Origin: a virus
IMG/VR virus record: IMGVR_UViG_3300045988_159857
Span: 1-64,000 of that record
Length of the DNA: 64,000 nt
Reading direction: 5' to 3' (one strand)
Position 1 is the stretch's first letter. Each line of letters begins with the position of its first letter. The notes beneath the pieces were generated by a model. It was not told the origin of the DNA and ran no database searches. It saw only the letters and a program-made list of their open reading frames with translations. Made by a program: the position numbers and the translations under genes. This document shows, in pieces, positions 61,193 through 64,000 of the stretch.

Positions 61193-61411
61193 CTAATTAA
61201 TTCCTCTTCCTTGATTATTAACCCATTCTACAGCTTCAGTAAATCTAAGTAGTTTTCCTTCTACTTCGAGAAGAGGAACTTCGTCAAAACCTTTTGCAAT
61301 AAGTTCGTTTACATCAAAATTTGTTTTCAATGTAAAGTCTATGTTAGCGTTATGAAGTTTCTTAAGTAACACCTCACATTTTGGACATCCTGTTGAATAT
61401 AGCGTTACCAT
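61193..61411 (-). CDS. NrdH/glutaredoxin-like redoxin
   Basis: MVTLYSTGCPKCEVLLKKL... has a CxxC thioredoxin-fold N-terminus. Start set at ATG 61411 (SD GGAG), not the track's 61555. Confidence 0.65.
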   Translation of the reverse strand: MVTLYSTGCPKCEVLLKKLHNANIDFTLKTNFDVNELIAKGFDEVPLLEVEGKLLRFTEAVEWVNNQGRGIN

Positions 61412-61427
61412 AATTACTCCTTTCTTT

Positions 61428-61601
61428 TCAATGGTTAAAGGTATTCTTAGGGGTAAAAGCTCCACAAGGACCTTCAGTGCCATGACAACCGTGTGTATAA
61501 TTAGCACAAGCCCAACATCTCTGTTTGTCCCACTTTCTTTGAAGTGCTCCTTCACTCAATTCACTAAAACTATAAGTAGGTTGTTTAAATTCAATACTCA
61601 T
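61428..61601 (-). CDS. 57-aa Cys/His-rich protein missed by the track
   Basis: My translation: MSIEFKQPTYSFSELSEGALQRKWDKQRCWACANYTHGCHGTEGPCGAFTPKNTFNH. SD AAAGGAG 8 nt upstream. First ORF after promoter 61656-61688. Confidence 0.45.
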   Translation of the reverse strand: MSIEFKQPTYSFSELSEGALQRKWDKQRCWACANYTHGCHGTEGPCGAFTPKNTFNH

Positions 61602-61655
61602 AAATATTACTCCTTTATATAAATTTTACAGAAATTTGTTTTTCTGTTTAATCGT

Positions 61656-61688
61656 ATTATAATAGAGTAATATATTTATTTCAACTAA
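61656..61688 (-). promoter_or_regulatory. TTAGTTGA-type promoter of the redoxin/nrd operon
   Basis: TTAG + -35 TTGAAA (61679-61684), a 17-nt spacer and -10 TATAAT (61656-61661). Confidence 0.6.
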
Positions 61689-61696
61689 GTTAACAT

Positions 61697-61721
61697 AAAC
61701 CGATAGTTTATCTATCGGTTT
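61697..61721 (-). terminator. Hairpin overlapping a stop codon (weak terminator)
   Basis: 10-bp stem, 61697-61706 with 61712-61721 (AAACCGATAG/CTATCGGTTT). No clear U-tract. Confidence 0.4.
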
Positions 61722-61915
61722 AACATCATTAACAATTGGTCACCGTTTGCGACCTTTCTACCATAAAAATCTCTTGTTACGTTTAATTTTTTATCGTATT
61801 TACCCTTAATTCTTCCATAAAAATCTCGGATAATTTTATTTCCGGTACGGGAATCTGTTTCAACGAAACCTATTATCTTCCCTGTCCAATCTTTTATCTT
61901 CTCTTTATGAACCAT
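61712..61915 (-). CDS. Small protein with a duplicated RDFYGR motif
   Basis: 67 aa: ...IIRDFYGRIKGKYDKKLNVTRDFYGRKVANGDQL. Confidence 0.55.
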   Translation of the reverse strand: MVHKEKIKDWTGKIIGFVETDSRTGNKIIRDFYGRIKGKYDKKLNVTRDFYGRKVANGDQLLMMLNR

Positions 61916-62273
61916 CCAAAAACAACTCCTTCATATTAACAATCCTTGACAAGGCTTCTTCTACACTTAATACGTTGACTTGAGTTATACCTTTTCGCCT
62001 GTCGTTAACAAATATATCTATTGCTTTCTCCAACTTTGCTGGATTAAACTGTTGGTAGTCGTATACAAATGTTCTAGGTATTGTATAATCATTCTCCTGG
62101 TCAATTATTTGTGGTCCGTATTGAATTATTTTACTGAACCCGTCTTTTGTTTCAACTATAAATAAGTATTCACAGAAATTATCATTTATACACGAAAGTG
62201 CAAACTCTCCAATATTATCTATTTCAAATGTACCATTAGATTGTCGAACATAGTAATAATTGAATGAAGGCAT
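61905..62273 (-). CDS. Hypothetical protein
   Basis: Track ORF 61905..62312. Start moved to MPSFNYYY (ATG 62273), directly after the SSB-like gene's stop. Confidence 0.5.
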   Translation of the reverse strand: MPSFNYYYVRQSNGTFEIDNIGEFALSCINDNFCEYLFIVETKDGFSKIIQYGPQIIDQENDYTIPRTFVYDYQQFNPAKLEKAIDIFVNDRRKGITQVNVLSVEEALSRIVNMKELFLDGS

Positions 62274-62274
62274 A

Positions 62275-62871
62275 TCAATCAACAACCTCGTATTTAGTAA
62301 TGTAAACCTCATGTGCTATACGAATTTCATAGTCCCCGTTATCAAGTAATTGTTTATGTTCTCTAGACCTAAATTCTCCTGACACTTTTAACTTTGTGTC
62401 TACACATTTAAAGGATAATTCTTTCGCTATTTTACCCCAACATATACAAGGAATATATGAATTCAACCTTTTTTGTTTATCCTCGGATACAATATTATTT
62501 GCCAGAATAAAGTGTAAGTTATCCTTACCTGTACGTGTTTTTCTTATTTCACTTATTTTACAAATCCTACCATCTAACTCAACACTATTTACAACATCCG
62601 TTTTCGGTTTGTCAAAGTAGGTAAAAACGTACATATCCACTTTATTTTTGTTATTACTAACCTTATGCGAATATGACCTAATGTTTCCAGTTAAACTAAC
62701 CATGTCATTTTCTTTGTACGGATTAGTAAATTTTTTAAACTTTATATTCAAGACATCTTCAGTTCCATTATCTCGAGGTACAAGTAATTTAGCTTTATTG
62801 AATTCAATTCCTTGTATTGTGTGGGAAGGTTCAATATCTTTGATATAACCTTTCAAAGTAACTTTGTTCAA
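62275..62871 (-). CDS. Single-stranded-DNA-binding-like protein (two OB-fold-like halves)
   Basis: Start moved to TTG 62871 (SD AAGGGGTGA 6 nt upstream), which gives MNKVTLKGYIKD..., an SSB-like N-terminus. A second half follows: NSVELDGRICKISEIRKT.... Confidence 0.5.
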   Translation of the reverse strand: MNKVTLKGYIKDIEPSHTIQGIEFNKAKLLVPRDNGTEDVLNIKFKKFTNPYKENDMVSLTGNIRSYSHKVSNNKNKVDMYVFTYFDKPKTDVVNSVELDGRICKISEIRKTRTGKDNLHFILANNIVSEDKQKRLNSYIPCICWGKIAKELSFKCVDTKLKVSGEFRSREHKQLLDNGDYEIRIAHEVYITKYEVVD

Positions 62872-62885
62872 ACTATATTCACCCC

Positions 62886-64000
62886 TTATACACACATTTT
62901 CCACTGTCCATTATCATAAACATATGGCACTGCGGATAACCATTTTTGTTGTTTTTCATCGTATACAAAAACTGCAGCTGGAGTTGGGACACTTGTCGGT
63001 TCCGTAAAAACTCTCGCACACCCGGTAGGTGTGTTTGTTACAGTATTTGAATGATAAGTTACATTATTTGAATCTTTAGTAGCATAAGCTGTTCCTGATA
63101 TAGGAACATTGGGAACACCTGTCACCCTAAATGTACATTTTGTTGTAGCTGTAGTTGTGGTGTTAACTATTCGTGTGCCGTCATTGAGTAATAAATACCA
63201 GTTACGACATGGGACATCACTTTCCGCTGTGTAAACAATATCTAATCCTTCTACAACACTGGCTAATTTAATTATTGGATAAGTCGTATCACAGTTAATT
63301 GTTGTTGAATTGTCAATACGAGTATTATCGAGTCTTTGTAAAGTGATGTTGTAAGAACGGTTTGTGTTCTCACCTAAATTAACATTAAAAGTTCCTTTAT
63401 AATTTTGTGTGTTACCAACATAAACCCCTTCGAACCACACACTAGAATTTATATCAGTATCTAAACTTAATATTCCGGAAGTATTGTCAGTAACTGTTAT
63501 CTTTGCATTATTTATAGCAGGCCTTCTGCAATCCCATGTTACGGTTGGGCTTTGTCCCCAAGGACCATTTACACGCTTTGCCCAAAGATAAACAGTGTGA
63601 ATAGTGGGACTTATATTACTTAGTGACCACGTACCGTTTGTAGTAGCTTGTGACCAATATGTTGTGTCTCCTGTACCATCTAAGTTATACATCCAAATGT
63701 CACAACTTACATCACTACCAGCTTCCCAATATAAGGAGGATGCAGTACAACCTGCATTACTTAACCACACATTAGGAGGGGCATAAGCCGGTGCCCCAAC
63801 TACCACTGACCAAACAACTTCCCAAGTATTTTTTGCGGGACACCCACAACTTGATTTTGTCCAAATTTTCAGTGTGACAGTATCTCCATAGTTAGTTGTA
63901 GAAACGGTTACATTACCACTATACCTCCCTGAACTCCATTTATTTGGACTAGTAGGTTTGTGATATATTTCTACTAGAGGGCTATCATCAATACTTGCAG
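62886..64000 (-). CDS. Fn3/Ig-like repeat structural protein, C-terminal part (gene starts beyond window end)
   Basis: The frame of track ORF 62886..63806 stays open to position 64000 by my translation (...TVTLKIWTKSSCGCPAKNTWEVVWSVVVGAP...). Thr/Asn/Trp-rich, beta-sandwich-like sequence. Confidence 0.55.
   Translation of the reverse strand, partial: ASIDDSPLVEIYHKPTSPNKWSSGRYSGNVTVSTTNYGDTVTLKIWTKSSCGCPAKNTWEVVWSVVVGAPAYAPPNVWLSNAGCTASSLYWEAGSDVSCDIWMYNLDGTGDTTYWSQATTNGTWSLSNISPTIHTVYLWAKRVNGPWGQSPTVTWDCRRPAINNAKITVTDNTSGILSLDTDINSSVWFEGVYVGNTQNYKGTFNVNLGENTNRSYNITLQRLDNTRIDNSTTINCDTTYPIIKLASVVEGLDIVYTAESDVPCRNWYLLLNDGTRIVNTTTTATTKCTFRVTGVPNVPISGTAYATKDSNNVTYHSNTVTNTPTGCARVFTEPTSVPTPAAVFVYDEKQQKWLSAVPYVYDNGQWKMCV

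Noticed and set aside
363-63786. All plus-strand ORFs in the track (60-115 aa), for example 1919..2155, 13506..13799, 23337..23642 and 50583..50930.
   Set aside because: Each lies antisense inside a long, well-supported minus-strand gene. They are rich in Leu/Ile/Phe/Ser as expected from the reverse complement of AT-rich coding DNA. They lack SD sequences and never fall in intergenic gaps.

Overview
The window is one contiguous piece of a large, very AT-rich contractile-tailed phage genome. Every credible gene, tRNA and terminator lies on the minus strand, so transcription runs from 64000 towards 1. In that direction it begins with a partial Fn3/Ig-like structural gene. An early/middle region follows (62.9 to 34.3 kb). 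It holds a tandem-OB SSB-like protein, an NrdH-like redoxin, and a class III ribonucleotide reductase gene nrdD split in two by a free-standing endonuclease gene. It also holds nrdG, a ferredoxin:thioredoxin-reductase-like mini-protein, a GH25-CW_7-LysM endolysin and a lone tRNA-Gln. Further on come a HAD nucleotidase, a metallophosphoesterase, an Rnl1-type RNA ligase, a polynucleotide-kinase/HD fusion and an ATP-dependent DNA ligase. Next is a 2.2-kb ORF-free tRNA and structured-RNA locus, then dUTPase, many small Cys-rich or unknown early proteins, a ThyX-like protein and a wHTH protein. The late region (33.8 to 0 kb) carries several tail-fibre/receptor-binding genes, holin-like genes, a ParB-like protein, large terminase and portal. 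It ends with a T4 gp21-like prohead protease-scaffold fusion, a gp23-like major capsid protein, two large acidic virion proteins, neck genes and the start of the tail sheath gene. The endolysin type and the anaerobic RNR point to a low-GC Gram-positive anaerobic host. The most unusual content is listed here. (1) The RNA locus at 41.5-43.7 kb: recognisable tRNAs explain only about a third of it, and the rest is helix-rich spacers and tRNA-like fragments. (2) A phage-borne NrdD/NrdG/FTR-like/NrdH-like gene set, with nrdD in pieces. (3) A roughly 20-copy promoter box TTAGTTGA-N17/18-TATAAT. (4) A 1014-aa acidic protein punctuated by seven ES[LFI][NK]E motifs that fit the L/I-x-E specificity known for gp21-type proteases. 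(5) Three ORFs that appear to need AUA/AUU/AUC initiation. All function calls come from motif recognition by eye in the supplied translations or in my own translations. No database or folding software was available.
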